A program made the position numbers and the translations under genes. Shown here piece by piece: positions 24,782 through 27,165 of a stretch of DNA of 27,165 nucleotides. This DNA is from an archaeon (GTDB lineage Archaea > Iainarchaeota > Iainarchaeia > Iainarchaeales > CSSED10-239): NCBI GenBank assembly GCA_035390665.1, contig DAOOUC010000008.1, positions 1-27,165 of the forward strand. Direction: 5' to 3'. How positions within the stretch are numbered: position 1 is the first letter of the stretch; each line of letters opens with the position of its first letter. The notes under the pieces are model-generated. The model was not told the DNA's origin. It was given only the letters and a program-made list of their open reading frames with translations, and searched no databases.

Positions 24782-25048
24782 ATGGTTGGAAAAAAAATTG
24801 CAGGAGTTCTTGACAAAGGAACATCAACAGTTAATAAAACTGGGACTTGGAAAGATAAGGCACCCGTCTGGGATGAAAAAAAATGCATTCATTGTATGAT
24901 TTGTTATATTAATTGTCCAGAGAACTGTATACTCTTAGTTAAAGACAAACAAGGAAATGCTAAAAGAGACAAAACAAATCTGGATTATTGTAAGGGCTGC
25001 GGCATCTGTGCAAATGTTTGCCCAGTTAAATGTATAAAGATGGAATGA
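24782..25048 (+). CDS. porD: Pyruvate:ferredoxin oxidoreductase delta subunit (2x[4Fe-4S] ferredoxin)
   Basis: CIHCMICYINCP...CKGCGICANVCPVKCI; GTSTVNKTGTWKDKAPVWDEKKC. Start trimmed to the ATG at 24782. Confidence 0.93.
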   Translation: MVGKKIAGVLDKGTSTVNKTGTWKDKAPVWDEKKCIHCMICYINCPENCILLVKDKQGNAKRDKTNLDYCKGCGICANVCPVKCIKME

Positions 25049-25054
25049 TAATAT

Positions 25055-26218
25055 ATGGCAAAATTAGGATTAACTGGTGGCGAAGCAATCGCTTATGCTT
25101 TTAAACAAATGGACATTGATGTTTTTTCAATGTATCCGATTACTCCACAAACACCAATCATTGAAAGCTTTTCAAGATTTGTGGCAAACGGGGAGGTGGA
25201 TACTGAAGTTATTAGAACAGAATCTGAACACTCTGCACTTTCTGCAACTATTGGGGCTAGTGCTGCTGGAGCTAGAGCAGTTACTGCAACGTCTTCACAA
25301 GGTTTACTGTATATGTTTGAGATGCTTTCTGTTGCTTCTGGTCTAAGGCTACCAATTGTTATGCCTGTTGCAAACAGAGCAATATCTGCACCAATTAATA
25401 TTCATTGTGATCATTCGGATTCCATGTCTGCACTTGACCAGGGCTGGATGCAAGTGTATTGTGAAAATGGACAAGAGGCTTATGAAATGACAATCTTCTC
25501 TCAAAAGCTTTCCGAGAAATGTTATTTACCAATAATGGTTTGTATTGATGGTTTTTTTACAAGTCATAATCTAACACCAGTTAATGTTTTTGAAGATAAA
25601 AAAGTAAAAGACTTTATTGGAGAATATAAACCTGCATATAATCTTTTAGATACAGATAAACCAATAACTGTTGGGGCTTTAGCATTACCTGACAGTTACT
25701 TTGAGATTAGAAAAGAATTGTTTGATGCTTTCTTGGAAGTTAAAAACAATTACTTGTCTGTTGCTAAAGATTTTAAAAAGAGCTTTGGAAAAGACATTAA
25801 CTTTTATGAGGATTATTTTGCAAGTCAATCAGATACTATTCTTGTGGTGTTAAGTTCAACAGCACAGAATGCAAAAAATGTTATTGATAAATTAAGAAAA
25901 GAAAATAAAAATGTTGGACTTTTACGACCAATACTTTACAGGCCTTTCTTATATGAAGAATATATTAAACCTTTAGCAAAAGCAAAAAATATAATTGTTT
26001 TAGAAAGAAGCGAAGGAACAGGAAGTTTTTCTCCTGTTTACAAAGATATTGTTTTAACAATATTTAATCACTGTAAAGCAAAAGACAAACCTAACATATA
26101 TAGCTATGTCTTTGGTCTTGGCGGTCGCGAGATTTCAGAAAAAGAAATAGAAGAACTTTTGGTTTCTGTTATCTCAGGAAAGCCTATAAAGAAAAGATAT
26201 ATTGGAATAAAGGAATAA
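25055..26218 (+). CDS. porA: Pyruvate:ferredoxin oxidoreductase alpha subunit
   Basis: MYPITPQTPIIESF, RTESEHSALSATIGASAAGARAVTATSSQGLLYMFEML. Confidence 0.95.
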   Translation: MAKLGLTGGEAIAYAFKQMDIDVFSMYPITPQTPIIESFSRFVANGEVDTEVIRTESEHSALSATIGASAAGARAVTATSSQGLLYMFEMLSVASGLRLPIVMPVANRAISAPINIHCDHSDSMSALDQGWMQVYCENGQEAYEMTIFSQKLSEKCYLPIMVCIDGFFTSHNLTPVNVFEDKKVKDFIGEYKPAYNLLDTDKPITVGALALPDSYFEIRKELFDAFLEVKNNYLSVAKDFKKSFGKDINFYEDYFASQSDTILVVLSSTAQNAKNVIDKLRKENKNVGLLRPILYRPFLYEEYIKPLAKAKNIIVLERSEGTGSFSPVYKDIVLTIFNHCKAKDKPNIYSYVFGLGGREISEKEIEELLVSVISGKPIKKRYIGIKE

Positions 26219-26236
26219 TTAAAATTAGGATTAAAC

Positions 26237-27163
26237 ATGAACACAAAAGAATTAGCTTTAAAGATTAATGAAAAAAATACAATGGTGTCAGGACACAGAA
26301 CTTGTGCAGGGTGTCCTATAGCTATCATTTGTAGAACTGTGACTTCTGCTAGTGATATCCCTGTTGTTTGCTCAAGTGCAACTTCTTGTGCAGAAGTAAC
26401 AACAACAATCTATCCTCAGACATCTTGGAATATTCCTTGGATACATTCTGTTTTTGCAAATTCTGCAGCAACAATTTCAGGAATTGAAACTGCTTACAAG
26501 GCTCAAAAGAAAAAAAGAAAAATAAAAAAAGATATTAATTTTTTAGTAATTGCTGGAGATGGCGGATCTTTTGATATTGGACTTCAAGCACTTTCTGGTG
26601 CTCTAGAAAGAGGACACGATTTTGTTTTTCTTTGTTATGACAACGAAGGCTACCAAAATACGGGTGCACAGCGTTCATCAGCAACACCAAAAGGTGCTGC
26701 TACAACAACCACACCTTCTGGAAGTAATTCTTATGGTAAGTTAGAGTTTAGTAAAGATCTTGTTAAGATTGCTGCCGCTCATAATATACCTTATGTTGCT
26801 CAAGCTAATACTCACAACTTAATTGATCTTTATAACAAGGCACAAAAAGCATTTGCAAAAAAAGGCCCAGCAGTAATTGTTGTTTTTGCAGCGTGCCCCA
26901 CAAATATGAAAGCGCCTTCTGAACAAACAATTGCAATTAGTAAACTAGCAACAGAAAGTAATTTCTGGCCACTTTATGAAATTGATGAGGGAAAGCTTAC
27001 AATCAATTACAAACCAGAAAAAAGAATACCAATTGAAGAATTTCTAAAAACACAAACCAAGTTTAAAGAAGTATTAAAACCAAAAAACAAAGAAGTTTTA
27101 AAATCTATTCAAGAAGAAGTAGATAGAAGATATAATGAATTATTGAAACTAGAGAAATTATAA
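26237..27163 (+). CDS. porB: Pyruvate:ferredoxin oxidoreductase beta subunit
   Basis: SGHRTCAGCP, VIAGDGGSFDIGLQALSGALERGHDFVFLCYDNEGYQNTGAQRSSATPKGA (TPP-binding). Confidence 0.95.
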   Translation: MNTKELALKINEKNTMVSGHRTCAGCPIAIICRTVTSASDIPVVCSSATSCAEVTTTIYPQTSWNIPWIHSVFANSAATISGIETAYKAQKKKRKIKKDINFLVIAGDGGSFDIGLQALSGALERGHDFVFLCYDNEGYQNTGAQRSSATPKGAATTTTPSGSNSYGKLEFSKDLVKIAAAHNIPYVAQANTHNLIDLYNKAQKAFAKKGPAVIVVFAACPTNMKAPSEQTIAISKLATESNFWPLYEIDEGKLTINYKPEKRIPIEEFLKTQTKFKEVLKPKNKEVLKSIQEEVDRRYNELLKLEKL

Positions 27164-27165
27164 TT

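Noticed and set aside
24706-24888. Minus-strand ORFs inside the por operon (24296..24538, 24706..24888, 26104..26328) and plus-strand 25077..25346
   Set aside because: They overlap highly conserved PFOR subunits and show no independent coding signal.
1-27165. CRISPR array, IS element or prophage
   Set aside because: No regularly spaced repeats, transposase, integrase or structural phage genes seen in the sequence or the ORF translations.

Overview
AT-rich, gene-dense archaeal chromosome segment. Small proteins, K/N/I-rich composition and tight operons suggest a reduced-genome (DPANN-like) archaeon; the lineage is inference. On the minus strand from 1 to about 4.75 kb lies the archaeal exosome/proteasome super-operon: psmA, SBDS, rrp4, rrp41, rrp42, rpl37ae, rpoP, a Brix-domain protein, KEOPS pcc1 and prefoldin beta. 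Two paralogous membrane proteins, RNase P rnp2 and rnp3, argS, tRNA-Arg(TCT) and a DsbA-like protein follow. The rest holds Taw1 (wyosine synthase), a compact [FeFe]-hydrogenase-like protein, a MazEF-type toxin-antitoxin pair, RadA, a PEP-synthase-like protein, a SulP transporter, tRNA-Cys(GCA), Mre11, an ArsR/cysteine desulfurase/IscU/DUF1858 operon, an acetyl-CoA synthetase (ADP-forming) alpha subunit and a complete porGDAB operon. The best leads are: (1) a stand-alone, ferredoxin-domain-less H-cluster-domain protein that keeps all four Cys ligands and sits 1 nt after Taw1; (2) a membrane-anchored DsbA-like protein whose two half-domains are in swapped (circularly permuted) order around a Cys-less thioredoxin-like segment; (3) a PEP-synthase-like protein without the C-terminal PEP/pyruvate barrel; (4) an Fe-S assembly operon led by a Cys-tailed ArsR-type regulator; (5) a GC-rich hairpin island between the divergent radA and ppsA-like promoters. 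No CRISPR array, transposon or rRNA was seen. All family calls are from motif reading, not database searches.
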